DNA of 64,000 bases from Parazoarcus communis SWub3 = DSM 12120 (GTDB taxonomy: Bacteria; Pseudomonadota; Gammaproteobacteria; Burkholderiales; Rhodocyclaceae): contig NZ_QKOE01000005.1 of assembly GCF_003226565.1 (NCBI RefSeq), positions 46,846-110,845 of the forward strand. The letters run 5' to 3'. Each line of letters starts with the position of its first letter. Within the stretch, counting starts at the first letter, position 1. The translations under genes were made by a program, and so were the position numbers. Of the stretch, positions 50,023 to 60,800 are shown in pieces. The notes under the pieces are model-generated. The model was given only the letters and a program-made list of their open reading frames with translations. It was not told where the DNA came from and made no database searches.

Positions 50023-52602
50023 TTGCCAGACTTGGGTTTGAAGACACGGATGCGACTGATTCCACTGCTGTTGTGCTGCATTTCGGCGCCAGTGGCGGCG
50101 GCAGGCATGGCGCCGCTGGTGGTGTCGCCGGAGCTGGTTCGCGGGGCAGGCGCCAAAGCCGCAGTGAAGGAAGCGCCAGCGGTGGCGCCCAAGGCGCCTG
50201 TCGTCGAGGCGCCGGCGGATGCGCGCGAGGTGCGGCGAGTCGAAGCCGGAACGCCTGCGGCCCCCCCGGGTGCTGCGCTGCCCGCGTCGGCTCCGGTACA
50301 GCCGCCCGCCGCGCCAGTGCGCCCCGCTGCTGCCGCTCCCCTGCCTGCATCGGCCGCGCCCGCTGTGGCTTCCCCCACGCCGGTCAGGCCGGATGCGACG
50401 ACGCAGGCCCCCGCTGCAACGGGCACGACCGAAGTCAGTGCCTTGCGTATCAGCGGCACCCGTGCAGTCGAACTGGTGGCTGACGGGGATGCCGAACTGC
50501 AACGTGGCGAGATGATGTTGACGGCCGATCGTCTCGTCTATCGAGAGCCCAGTGACGAGGCGCTTGCCGAAGGCAATGTCCGCTTGCGTCAGGGCAACGA
50601 TGAGATTTCCGGTCCTTCTGCCAGCCTGGTCGTGGGGGATAGGGTCGGCGCGTTCCAGTCGCCACGCTATTCGATCACCCGTACGCGCGAGCCGCTCGAG
50701 GAGGGCGATGAGCCGCGTCAGGTGACGGGTGGCGGGCAGGCCGATGTACTGTATTTCGAGGGTGAGAACCAGTATCGGGCGCAGAACTCGACCTGGTCGA
50801 CCTGTCGGGTCGAGGATCCCGACTGGTATATCAAGGCACGCGAACTGACTCTGGACTACGACCGTGAGGTCGGGGTCGCAAAGGGTGGCACCGTGGTGTT
50901 CATGGACGTGCCGCTGTTCTGGCTGCCGTGGGCCGAGTTTCCGCTGGTCGGGCAGCGCCAGTCGGGCCTGCTGCCACCCACTTTCGGTTCGTCCAACAAG
51001 ACCGGCTTCGACCTTACTACACCCTATTACTGGAATATCGCACCAAACTACGACGCCACGCTCTCGCCACGCTGGATGAGCCGACGAGGCCTGCAGCTTG
51101 GTGGTGAGTTCCGCTATATGGGGGAAAGCTATCGGGGTGAGGTCCGGGGCGAGTATCTCGCGCGCGACAATGTCAGCGGCGAGCAGCGTACCTTGGGGTC
51201 ATTGCAACACCAGCAATGGATTACGCCCACGCTATACGGCTCGCTGGATCTCAACGCGGTCTCGGACGACGAATACTTCGAGGACATGAGTTCGCGGGTG
51301 TCGGTGGCTTCCAAGGTCAACTTGCTGCGTGAGGGGCAACTCATCTACGCAGGTAGTCCTTGGTGGCAGGCATCTGCGTTGGTGCAGAGTTATCAGACGC
51401 TGAGCCCGGATCCCGACAACCCGGTGGTTACGCCTTACCGTCGACTGCCTCAACTCAAGCTGAACGCATCTCGCCCTGATCTGATGGGGGGCGCGGCATT
51501 TGATTTGAGCAGTGAGTATGTTCGTTTCGAGCATCCGCTTGATAGCCGGCCGGACGCGACGCGGACCACTGCGTATCCGCAGGTATCACTTCCTGTGCAG
51601 GGGGCTGGCTACTTCGTAACGCCCAAGTTGGGTCTGCACCATACTCGATATGATATTGATCGTGATCGTCAGCAGACCTCACCCGCCTTGCGAAATTCGA
51701 TCAGTCGGTCAGTACCCATTTTCTCGATCGACTCTGGTCTGATTTTCGAACGCGAAGCCAGCTACTTTGGTCGCAACTTCGTTCAGACACTTGAGCCGCG
51801 GCTCTACTACCTGAATGCAGCTTATCGTCGCCAGGACGACATTCCTCTGTTTGATACTACTCGGTATGACTTTGGTTTTGCCCAACTGTTCGCCGAGAAT
51901 CTCTATACTGGTGGCGACCGCATTGCCGATGCCAATCAGCTGACCGCTGCGGTCACCTCGCGTCTGATCGACCCGGAGAGTGGTGCAGAGCGCATGCGCG
52001 TATTGCTTGGACAGCGCTATTATTTTGAGGATCAGCGAGTATCCTTGAATTACCTCGATAACAACGGCAACGTCGTCAATGTGGAAACCCCGCGGACCAG
52101 CCGTCGTGCGGACATCCTGGCCGGTGTCGGTGCGCGCTTGAGCGAGGACACCTCGTTCGAATCGCTGTGGCAGTACAACCCCCGTGATTACTGGACCGAG
52201 CGCTTCAACGCGACTTTCCGCTATCAGCCCGGTTTCGCCCGCGCGTTGAACCTGAGCTATCGCTATGCCAAGGACATCCTGCGCGATGTGGATGTGTCCG
52301 GACAGTGGCCGCTCGGTGGCGGCTGGTATGGGGTGACCCGCCTGACCCATTCGCTGAAGGACAAACGCCTGACCGAGGCCATCGGTGGCATTGAGTACGA
52401 TGGAGGCTGTTGGGTGGTGCGTGTCGCCATGCACCGTTTTGCCACCAGTGCGGATGACGTGACCAAGGCCTTCTTCGTGCAGCTTGAACTCAACGATCTG
52501 GCGAGCATCGGCTCCAGCCCGGTCAGCCTGATCAAGCGTAGCGTGCCGGGTTACGGCAAGATCAACGAACCAGGCTCGGACCGCGTGTTCGGCCTTGAGT
52601 GA
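50023..52602 (+). CDS. lptD: LPS-assembly outer-membrane protein LptD (OstA), with an Ala/Pro-rich N-terminal low-complexity insert
   Basis: Signal peptide, an OstA N-terminal domain (ADRLVYREPSDEALAEGNVRLRQG), and a large C-terminal beta-barrel. The start may instead be the internal Met at about 50050. Confidence 0.85.
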   Translation: MPDLGLKTRMRLIPLLLCCISAPVAAAGMAPLVVSPELVRGAGAKAAVKEAPAVAPKAPVVEAPADAREVRRVEAGTPAAPPGAALPASAPVQPPAAPVRPAAAAPLPASAAPAVASPTPVRPDATTQAPAATGTTEVSALRISGTRAVELVADGDAELQRGEMMLTADRLVYREPSDEALAEGNVRLRQGNDEISGPSASLVVGDRVGAFQSPRYSITRTREPLEEGDEPRQVTGGGQADVLYFEGENQYRAQNSTWSTCRVEDPDWYIKARELTLDYDREVGVAKGGTVVFMDVPLFWLPWAEFPLVGQRQSGLLPPTFGSSNKTGFDLTTPYYWNIAPNYDATLSPRWMSRRGLQLGGEFRYMGESYRGEVRGEYLARDNVSGEQRTLGSLQHQQWITPTLYGSLDLNAVSDDEYFEDMSSRVSVASKVNLLREGQLIYAGSPWWQASALVQSYQTLSPDPDNPVVTPYRRLPQLKLNASRPDLMGGAAFDLSSEYVRFEHPLDSRPDATRTTAYPQVSLPVQGAGYFVTPKLGLHHTRYDIDRDRQQTSPALRNSISRSVPIFSIDSGLIFEREASYFGRNFVQTLEPRLYYLNAAYRRQDDIPLFDTTRYDFGFAQLFAENLYTGGDRIADANQLTAAVTSRLIDPESGAERMRVLLGQRYYFEDQRVSLNYLDNNGNVVNVETPRTSRRADILAGVGARLSEDTSFESLWQYNPRDYWTERFNATFRYQPGFARALNLSYRYAKDILRDVDVSGQWPLGGGWYGVTRLTHSLKDKRLTEAIGGIEYDGGCWVVRVAMHRFATSADDVTKAFFVQLELNDLASIGSSPVSLIKRSVPGYGKINEPGSDRVFGLE

Positions 52603-52634
52603 CTTCGCTCACCACAGAACAGACAATTGAGACC

Positions 52635-53945
52635 ATGAACCGTTTTCTGTCGCATACCATTTTTGCGCTTGCCGTCTCCTGCACGGCCATGATCGCCCCT
52701 TCGATGGCGGCAAGCCGGGTCGCTGCCGTCGATCGCATCGTCGCCGTGGTCAACAGTGATGTCATCACCTCGGTCCAGTTACGCGATCGCGTCGAGCAGA
52801 TCACCCGCCAGGTGCAGCGCCAGGGCGGACAGTTGCCACCCGCCGACGTGCTCGAACGGCAGATCCTCGAACGCCTGATCATCGAGCAGGCGCAACTGCA
52901 ACTTGCGCGCGAAACCTCCTTGCGTGTTGACGACGCCACGCTCGAGCGGGCGATTGCGCGCATTGCCGAGAACAACCGGATTTCCGCTACCGAACTGCGC
53001 GCCACGCTGGAGCGCGATGGCGTGTCGTGGAGCCGTTTCCGCGATGAGATCCGTACCGAGATCTTGTTGACCCGCTTGCGTGAGCGCGAGGTGGATAGCC
53101 GGATCGTGGTGACCGATGCCGAGATCGACAACTTCCTGCAGAACAACCCCGACGCCTTTTCCGGTAGCGAATACCTGGTCGCACACATCCTGATGCGGGC
53201 GCCGGAGAGTGCCAGCCCGGAGCAGATCGCGCGTCTGCGCGAGCGCGCAGAGCGGGCGCTGTCGCGGCTGCGCGCGGGCGAGGCGTTCGGTCGTGTTGCG
53301 GCAGACTCCTCGGACGCGCCGGACAGCGTCAATGGCGGCAGCCTGGGCTGGCGTGAGCGTGACCGCTTGCCCGCACTGTATGCCGATGCGGCGCGGGATC
53401 TTCAACCCGGTCAGGTGTCGCCGGTGCTGCGCAGCGCGGCTGGCCTGCACATCATTCAACTGGTGGATAAGCGGGGCGGCGCAGCCGCCGGCCCCGAGCA
53501 GCTTGAGCAGACCCGTGCCCGCCACATCCTGATCAAGACGTCCGAGGTGCTGTCCGACACCGATGCAGAAGCCCGCCTTCGTGCCCTGCGTGAGCGCATT
53601 GTGAATGGCGGCGATTTTGCCGAACTGGCCAAGGCCAATTCGGCAGACCTGTCGGCGGCCCGCGGGGGCGATCTGGGCTGGCTCAACCCGGGCGACACGG
53701 TGCCCGAGTTTGAACGTGCGATGAATGCCCTGCGTCCGGGCGAGGTGAGCCCGGTGGTGCGCTCGCCTTTCGGCTGGCACCTGATTCAGGTCATGGAGCG
53801 TCGTTTGCAGGATGTGACCGACGAGCGCAAGCGTAATGCTGCGCGCAACATCCTGCGTGACCGCAAGGCCGACGAAGCCTACGAAGACTGGGTCCGTCAG
53901 TTGCGTGACAGCACCTATGTCGAGAACCGGCTGGAGCGCGAGTGA
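52635..53945 (+). CDS. surA: Periplasmic chaperone / peptidyl-prolyl isomerase SurA
   Basis: Signal peptide, a SurA N-terminal domain, and two parvulin domains (e.g. GGDLGW, FGWHLIQV). Confidence 0.9.
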   Translation: MNRFLSHTIFALAVSCTAMIAPSMAASRVAAVDRIVAVVNSDVITSVQLRDRVEQITRQVQRQGGQLPPADVLERQILERLIIEQAQLQLARETSLRVDDATLERAIARIAENNRISATELRATLERDGVSWSRFRDEIRTEILLTRLREREVDSRIVVTDAEIDNFLQNNPDAFSGSEYLVAHILMRAPESASPEQIARLRERAERALSRLRAGEAFGRVAADSSDAPDSVNGGSLGWRERDRLPALYADAARDLQPGQVSPVLRSAAGLHIIQLVDKRGGAAAGPEQLEQTRARHILIKTSEVLSDTDAEARLRALRERIVNGGDFAELAKANSADLSAARGGDLGWLNPGDTVPEFERAMNALRPGEVSPVVRSPFGWHLIQVMERRLQDVTDERKRNAARNILRDRKADEAYEDWVRQLRDSTYVENRLERE

Positions 53946-54943
53946 GCGTCGTGCCGAAGGATTTGCCACCGCTGGTCGTCACCAGTGGCGAGCCGGCGGG
54001 CGTGGGGCCGGAGTTGTGCGTTGCGCTGGCCCGTCGCAACTGGCCCGCGCAGATGGTGGTGCTGGGCGACCTCGAGCTGATCGAGGAGCGTGTCGCCCGC
54101 CTGGGCTGCGACACCGTCGTGCGGGAATGGGTGCCCGGCATCGCGGCGGTGGAGGGGGTACTCGATGTCCTGCACCAACCCTTGGCGGTGCCCGCCTGTG
54201 CAGGTGAGCTGAATCCGGCCAATGCCGCGTACGTGCTCGGCTTGCTCGACCGCGCGTTGCAGGGCTGCGTGTCAGGCGAGTTTGCAGGGATGGTGACGGC
54301 CCCGGTGCACAAGGGGGTGATCTGCGACGCCGGCATTCCGTTCAGCGGCCATACCGAATATCTCGCTGCCGCGACTCACACCGAGCGTGTGGTCATGATG
54401 CTGGTGGGAGGGGGCATGCGCGTCGCACTCGTCACCACACACCTGCCATTGGCTGCCGTGTCTGCAGCAGTGACCCGCCCTGTGCTGGCGCAGACGCTGC
54501 GCATCCTGCATGCCGACCTGGTGGGTCGGTTCGGGATTGCCGAGCCGCGTATCCTGGTTGCCGGTCTGAACCCCCATGCGGGTGAGGGTGGGCACATGGG
54601 GCGCGAGGAGATCGAGGTGATCACCCCCGTGCTTGATCAACTGCGTGTCGAAGGCATGACCTTGCTTGGGCCCTTGCCTGCGGACACCCTGTTCGTGCCG
54701 CATGCGCTGGCGCAAGGGGATGCTGTGCTGGCGATGTACCACGACCAGGGTTTGCCGGTGCTCAAGCACGCCAGTTTCGGCGGTGGGGTGAATGTCACGC
54801 TGGGCCTGCCCATCATCCGGACGTCGGTGGATCATGGGACGGCGCTCGATCTGGCCGGAACAGGCAAGGCCGACCCCGGCAGCCTGTTCGCTGCGGTCGA
54901 ACTGGCGCTGAACATGGCCGAAGCGCGGCGGAGGGCTGCGTGA
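53942..54943 (+). CDS. pdxA: 4-hydroxythreonine-4-phosphate dehydrogenase PdxA
   Basis: Full-length sequence match to PdxA. Part of the canonical lptD-surA-pdxA-rsmA order. Confidence 0.9.
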   Translation: MSVVPKDLPPLVVTSGEPAGVGPELCVALARRNWPAQMVVLGDLELIEERVARLGCDTVVREWVPGIAAVEGVLDVLHQPLAVPACAGELNPANAAYVLGLLDRALQGCVSGEFAGMVTAPVHKGVICDAGIPFSGHTEYLAAATHTERVVMMLVGGGMRVALVTTHLPLAAVSAAVTRPVLAQTLRILHADLVGRFGIAEPRILVAGLNPHAGEGGHMGREEIEVITPVLDQLRVEGMTLLGPLPADTLFVPHALAQGDAVLAMYHDQGLPVLKHASFGGGVNVTLGLPIIRTSVDHGTALDLAGTGKADPGSLFAAVELALNMAEARRRAA

Positions 54944-55743
54944 TGCAGGACCGCGAAACCGACGGCCACCGCGCGCGCAAGCGCTTCGGGCAGAACTTCC
55001 TGTCCGACCCCAACATCATTCGTCGCATCATCGACGCGATCAAGCCGCAGGACGGCGATATCCTGGTCGAGATTGGCCCCGGGCTTGGGGCGATGACTCA
55101 CCCCTTGATCGAACGCGTGCCGCATCTGCACGTCGTGGAGATCGATCGTGACCTGATCGCACGTCTGCGTGAGCGTTATTCGCCCGACCGGCTGAGCATT
55201 CACGAAGGCGATGCGCTGAAGTTTGACTTCTCCACGCTGGGTGCGCCGCTGCGTGTGGCGGGCAATCTGCCCTACAACATCTCGACGCCCATCCTCTTTC
55301 ATCTGGCGGAGTTTGCGGACAGGGTGAAGGATATGACCTTCATGCTGCAGAAGGAGGTCGTGATGCGGATGGTGGCGGAGCCGGGTACTGAAGAGTACGG
55401 CCGTCTGTCGGTCATGCTGCAGTACCGCTTCCGCATGGGGCGGCTGTTTGATGTGCCGCCCGGCGCATTCCGTCCCGCGCCCAAGGTCATGTCCAGCATT
55501 GTCCGCATGGTGCCCCTGCCTGCGGAGCAGCTGGGGGCGCACGACGACGCCTTGCTGGGTGAGATCGTGACGGCTGCCTTCGGCCAGCGCCGCAAGACCT
55601 TGCGCAACACCCTGAAGGATTATCTCGACGAAGCAGGTTTTGCTGCCTTGGGTATCGACCCGGGCCTGCGTGGCGAGCGCCTGTCGGTTGCCGAGTTCGT
55701 CGCCATCGCGAACTACTGCAGCGCGCACGGACGACCGGCGTGA
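54940..55743 (+). CDS. rsmA: 16S rRNA (adenine1518/1519-N6)-dimethyltransferase RsmA/KsgA
   Basis: N-terminal FGQNFL and the SAM-binding VEIGPGLG motif. Confidence 0.95.
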   Translation: MMQDRETDGHRARKRFGQNFLSDPNIIRRIIDAIKPQDGDILVEIGPGLGAMTHPLIERVPHLHVVEIDRDLIARLRERYSPDRLSIHEGDALKFDFSTLGAPLRVAGNLPYNISTPILFHLAEFADRVKDMTFMLQKEVVMRMVAEPGTEEYGRLSVMLQYRFRMGRLFDVPPGAFRPAPKVMSSIVRMVPLPAEQLGAHDDALLGEIVTAAFGQRRKTLRNTLKDYLDEAGFAALGIDPGLRGERLSVAEFVAIANYCSAHGRPA

Positions 55744-55745
55744 AA

Positions 55746-55775
55746 AAGCCGGGTTCGATGACCCGGCTTTCTGCC
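55746..55775. terminator. Hairpin AAGCCGGGT-TCGATG-ACCCGGCTT flanked by an A-run upstream and a T-rich run downstream. Likely bidirectional terminator between rsmA (+) and the DUF2892 gene (-).
   Basis: Read directly from the sequence. Confidence 0.5.
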
Positions 55776-55791
55776 TTGCTGCGACGCTGCC

Positions 55792-55986
55792 TCAGTTTTT
55801 CTTGACGGGGCAGGTACTCAGGCCAAGCAGCGGGTAGAGCGGGCACCAGCCCATCAGGCCCGTGGCCAGGGGGACGATGCCGATGAAGGTCCACGGTGCG
55901 CCGATGCCCATGATGGCCAGGGCCAGCAGAACCACACCGGCGACGATGCGCAGGATCTTGTCGATACCACCTACATTTGCTTTCAT
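55792..55986 (-). CDS. DUF2892 (YgaP C-terminal-like) small inner-membrane protein
   Basis: 64 aa with 2 TM helices and the ending GWCPLYPLLG. GGAG RBS. Confidence 0.55.
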   Translation of the reverse strand: MKANVGGIDKILRIVAGVVLLALAIMGIGAPWTFIGIVPLATGLMGWCPLYPLLGLSTCPVKKN

Positions 55987-56070
55987 GCTTGTGCTCCTTG
56001 GGGAAAGTGACCCTATTGGAGCATGGCGCAAAGGCCTGGGTCTGTAACCCGGGTTACACAGCCACCGGGT

Positions 56071-56748
56071 TCATGAGTGGCCTCCCTGCGCGCTGTCCGT
56101 ACCGCTGGCAATGCGGCGCAGGCCGCCTGCGTCGAGGATCTCGATCTGCTCACGGGCCAGTCGGACCAGCCCCTGTGCGGCGAAGCCCTTGAGCAGCCGG
56201 CTGACGAATTCGCGTACGCTGCCCAGTTCGTCAGCCAGTTGCTGATGAGTGATGTGCAGCACTCGGCCCTTGCCCAGCAGCAGGCTGGCCAGGCGTTGAT
56301 CCAGACGCTGGAAGGCCACCTCTTCGATCAACTGCATCAGGTCGGCAATCCGCTCGGCAAACAGGTGGAACACAAAGTCGCGAAAGGCTGGGTCAGCCAG
56401 CAGGCGGTCGAACACCGGTTTGGGCAGCATCATCAGCCGTGTGTCCGCTTCGGTGACGCCACGGGCGTTGTAGTCCGCGCTGCCCAGCAGGCAGGACGAG
56501 GAAATGATGCAGGTTTCTCCCGGTGTGACCCGATACAGCGGTAACTCTCGGCCATTTGGCGCACACTTGCTGACCCGCACCGAACCTTCGACGACGAAGG
56601 GAAAACCCTCGCAGGCCTGGTGGTCGTCGAACAGTACGGTACCGGCCGGCACCGTCATCCAGCGTGCGGCCTCAAGCAGCATCTGGCGGGCCGCTGGCGA
56701 CAGATCTGCAAGGATCGGATAGCTCTGGGTGAGGGCGGCGCTGTTCAT
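56071..56748 (-). CDS. Crp/Fnr-family transcriptional regulator (cNMP-binding domain plus C-terminal HTH)
   Basis: 225 aa. HTH ITHQQLADELGSVREFVSRLLKGF. Confidence 0.75.
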   Translation of the reverse strand: MNSAALTQSYPILADLSPAARQMLLEAARWMTVPAGTVLFDDHQACEGFPFVVEGSVRVSKCAPNGRELPLYRVTPGETCIISSSCLLGSADYNARGVTEADTRLMMLPKPVFDRLLADPAFRDFVFHLFAERIADLMQLIEEVAFQRLDQRLASLLLGKGRVLHITHQQLADELGSVREFVSRLLKGFAAQGLVRLAREQIEILDAGGLRRIASGTDSAQGGHS

Positions 56749-56756
56749 GGTGGTGC

Positions 56757-57518
56757 TCAGCGACTCAGCTCGAGTACCACCGGTGCGTGGTCGGATGGGC
56801 GCTCCAACCGCCGTGGCGCCTTGTCGACGACGCAGCTGCGGCATTGAGTTTGCAGACTGGGCGAGACCAGCACATGATCGATGCGCAGACCCATGTTGCG
56901 ACGGAACGCCATCATCCTGTAGTCCCACCACGAAAAACTGCGTTCAGGCTGCTCGAACAGGCGGAACGCATCGACCAGCCCCAGACCGGTCAGGGTGCGG
57001 AACGCTTCACGTTCGGGCACCGAGACATGGATTTCATGCTCCCAGTCAGGATGTGCGTCGCGGTCTTCCGGCGCAATATTGAAGTCACCGGTCAGGACCA
57101 GCTCGGGAAAGCGGACAAGCTCTGCCTGAACCCATGCAGTCAGCGCCTCGAGCCAACGCAGCTTGTACTCGAACTTGTCCGAACCGACGGCCTGTCCGTT
57201 CGGAAAATAGCCGCAGATCACCCTCACGCCACCCACGGTGGCGGCGATGATGCGCTTCTGCTCGTCTTCGAAGCCAGGAATGCCGCGTACGACGTCCTCG
57301 GTGGGTGTCGAGCTGATGATGGCGACACCGTTATAGGTTTTCTGGCCACTGAACACGGCGTGATAGCCCGCTGCCTCGATCTCGGCCAGCGGGAAGGCCT
57401 TGTCCTCCATCTTGAGTTCCTGCAGGCAGAGCGCGTCAGGCCGATGTGCTGCCAGCCAGTCGAGGACATGGGGCAGGCGGATCTTGAGGGAGTTTACATT
57501 CCAGGTGGCAATTTTCAT
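56757..57518 (-). CDS. xthA: Exodeoxyribonuclease III (Xth)
   Basis: MKIATWNVNSL, LCLQELK, and the C-terminal SDHAPV are EEP-family motifs. Confidence 0.9.
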   Translation of the reverse strand: MKIATWNVNSLKIRLPHVLDWLAAHRPDALCLQELKMEDKAFPLAEIEAAGYHAVFSGQKTYNGVAIISSTPTEDVVRGIPGFEDEQKRIIAATVGGVRVICGYFPNGQAVGSDKFEYKLRWLEALTAWVQAELVRFPELVLTGDFNIAPEDRDAHPDWEHEIHVSVPEREAFRTLTGLGLVDAFRLFEQPERSFSWWDYRMMAFRRNMGLRIDHVLVSPSLQTQCRSCVVDKAPRRLERPSDHAPVVLELSR

Positions 57519-57687
57519 GAGAGTTCCGGACGATGGGGTGTCATCGCGTCGCAGCCAGATCCCTGGCCGCGTGTGCTGATGCCCAATGCGCGTTGTGATG
57601 TCAATGGCGGATGGTAGCGCATTCGTGCGGCTGGGCGGCAGCGTATCCGGCAGATCAGTGGATGTGTGCGATGCGCACAATGGCGGT

Positions 57688-57704
57688 GCGGCACTTTTCT
57701 TGCT
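57688..57704 (+). promoter_or_regulatory. Candidate sigma-54 (-24/-12) promoter cGGCACttttcTTGCt, about 115 nt upstream of the Amt-GGDEF-EAL gene
   Basis: GG and GC dinucleotides are spaced exactly as in the consensus TGGCACG-N4-TTGCW. Immediately upstream are GCAC-N7-GTGC and TGTGCG-N3-CGCACA inverted repeats of the kind bound by enhancer-binding proteins. Confidence 0.45.
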
Positions 57705-57832
57705 CGTTGCACTATGAAGTATTGGATCGAGGCTTGGAATGTATTTCTTTAGCGATAGAAGCACCAAAGCAGGGCGAGCGGGTTTGAGCATTTGCCCCGA
57801 TCCTGTGCGTAAAGACTGGGGCCGGTGATCAA

Positions 57833-60800
57833 ATGAGTGCGGTGGACATCGATGTGATGTGGGTGCTGGTTTGCGCCGGCCTGGTGTTCCTGATGCAGCC
57901 GGGCTTCCTGTGCCTGGAGTCGGGGCTGACCCGTAGCCGGAATGCGATCAATGTGGCGATCAAGAACGTCGTCGATTTTGCCATTGCGGTGGCGCTCTAC
58001 TGGGGCGTCGGTTTTGGCCTGATGTTCGGTGCCAGCAAACTGGGCTGGCTGGGCCTGGAGGGCTTCATGCCCGAGGTTGGCCATGGGAGTACGAACTCGC
58101 TGACGGCATTCTTCCTGTTTCAGGCGATGTTCTGCTCTACCGCAGCGACCATTGTGTCCGGCGCGGTGGCGGAGCGGATGCGGTTTGCCGCTTATTTGCT
58201 GGTGGCGGCACTGGTGGCAGGTTTGATCTACCCGGTTTTCGGGCATTGGGCCTGGGGTGGGGTGCTCGGGGGACCGCGTGGCTGGCTGGCCGAATTGGGG
58301 TTCATTGATTTCGCCGGGGCAACGGTTGTTCACAGCGTGGGGGGCTGGGTCGCGCTGGCCGCGGTACTGATCATTGGCCCCAGAAGTGGGCGTTTTGAGG
58401 GGCGCGATGCGCAACAGCCGATGTCGGGCGGTAACCTGCCGATGGCGATGCTGGGAGTGATGCTGCTGCTGTTTGGCTGGCTCGGATTCAATGGCGGAAG
58501 CACGCTGGCCCTGAATGAGCGGGTGCCGGGCATCCTTGCCAATACGGTGCTGGGTGCAGTGGGCGGCATCCTGGTCGGGTTGCTCATGGGATGGCGCTTG
58601 CGAGGCTATGCCGATGTGGTGCACACCCTGAACGGCGCCATTGCCGGTCTGGTGGCGGTGACTGCGGGCGCCCACCTGTTGGGTACGGGCGCCGCGATCC
58701 TGGTGGGTACCGGTGGAGCCCTCGTCATGGTGCTGTGTCATGAGGCCTTGCTGCGTCGCAGGATCGACGATGCCGTGGGTGCCATTCCTGCGCATCTTGC
58801 TGCGGGGGTGTGGGGCACGCTGGCGCTTGCGCTGTTGGGGGATTCCGCTGCGTTTGCATCAGGACTGGGGCGTGGTGAGCAACTGCTGGTGCAACTTGCC
58901 GGTGTGGTGGCCTGCGGGCTGTGGTCTTTTGGCATGGCCTGGGTGTTGCTGCGCGTGCTGGATCGCTTTTTGCCGCTGCGGGTCTCGGCCGAGGACGAGC
59001 GGATCGGGCTCAATGTGTCCGAACATGGGGCCCGTACCGAGTTGATGGAGTTGCTGCAGGTGATGGAGTTGCAGGAGCGTACCGGGCAGTTGTCAGTACG
59101 GGCGCCAGTGGAGCCTTTCTCCGAGGTCGGGCAGATCGCTGCCGGCTACAACCGGATGATGTCGGCACTGGAACGTGCAGTGGAGCAGACCCGCGCCATT
59201 GTGCGTGACATGCGTGACGGCATCATCACTTTTGGCCGGGATGGTGTCCTGCGCAGCGTCAATCCCGGCGCTGAAAAGCTGTTCGGACTTGCGGCGGGGC
59301 AAGGTGTGGGAATGAGTCTGGCCCGCTTGCTCGCCGACCCGCCCATCGTCCCTGAACATCAGGTCGAGCGCCTGATGGCGGCGCAGGACAAGACCGAACT
59401 GCGCCTGCACCGGCGGGGGGCAGAGCCCCGGGTGCTGGAGGTGTCCGTCAGCGAAGGCCTGGTGGACGGCGCAGCGATGTTCACCGGTCTGGTCCGGGAT
59501 GTCACCGAGCGGCGACAGATGGCGGACCAGTTGCAGCGTGAGCGGGACCTGGCCCAGGTGACACTGGCCTCGATCGGAGACGGCGTGATCACCACCGACG
59601 AGTCGGGTGCGGTGCAATACCTGAACCCGACAGCCGAGCGTCTGACCGGTTGGTCGCTGGAAGAGGCGCGTGGGCGCAACATTGCGACCATTTACCGTCT
59701 TGAGGATGAACTTTCGGGCCGTCCGCTGGAGAATCCCGTACGGCTCGTGTTGGCACAGGGGCATGAAACCCGGTCGGAGGATCATGGCCTTCTGGTGCGC
59801 CGCGACGGTGAGCGCATCCCGGTGCAGGATACCGCCGCACCCATCCGCAGCCGTCTGGGTTATCTGATTGGTGTCGTCCTGGTCTGTCACGACGTCACGT
59901 TGACCTTGAACCTGACCCGTGAGCTGACCCGCCAGGCCAGTCACGATGCCCTGACCGGCATTCCCAACCGTCGGGAGTTCGAAAGACGCCTGGCCGAGAT
60001 GCTGACGGCCGGCATTGATCCGGCGGTTTCACATATCGTCTGCTACCTTGATCTGGACCAGTTCAAGGTGGTGAACGACACCTGCGGCCATGTTGCCGGT
60101 GATGAGCTCCTGCGGCAGGTCAGTACCTTGATGCGGCAACGCATGCGTAGTGCCGATCTGCTGGCTCGGCTGGGGGGCGATGAGTTTGGTGTGATTTTCT
60201 TCAGCTGCCCGGTCGACCAGGCCTTGCGCATGGCCGAAGGCTTCCGCGAAGCGATCCGTGATTATCGCTTTGCCTGGGAGGGTAAATCGTTCTCGATCGG
60301 GGTCAGTATCGGTCTGGTACCGGTGACCGAGTCCGATCGCGACATGGGGCGCATCCTGTCGGCTGCTGATACGGCCTGCTATGCGGCCAAGGAAGGTGGG
60401 CGCAACCGGGTGCATCTCTATCGTCCCGATGACGATCAACTGGCTGAGCGTCACGGCCAGATGCAATGGGTGGCGCGTCTGCACAGCGCGCTCGATGAGG
60501 ACAGGCTGAGGTTGTACGTGCAGCCGATCGTGCCGCTGACACCGGGTGAGGCGGTGCACTTCGAGATCCTGGTCCGACTCGAGGAAGACGGGCGCCTGAT
60601 CAGCCCGGGGAGCTTCATTCCGGCAGCAGAACGCTACAATCTGATGCCGCGTATCGATGAATGGGTGTTTCGCAATGTACTGGCCTGGGTCGGCGACACC
60701 TATCGCAAGGAAGGTCGGGTCGAGGGGACCTGGTGCATCAACCTGTCGGGCAATTCGCTCAGCGACGAGCGCTTGCTGGCTGATATCCGCGCGGGGCTGG

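Noticed and set aside
57749-58795. 348-aa minus-strand ORF antisense to the Amt domain
   Set aside because: The plus-strand frame aligns residue-by-residue with AmtB. The antisense product is His/Gln/Arg-rich with no recognisable domain.
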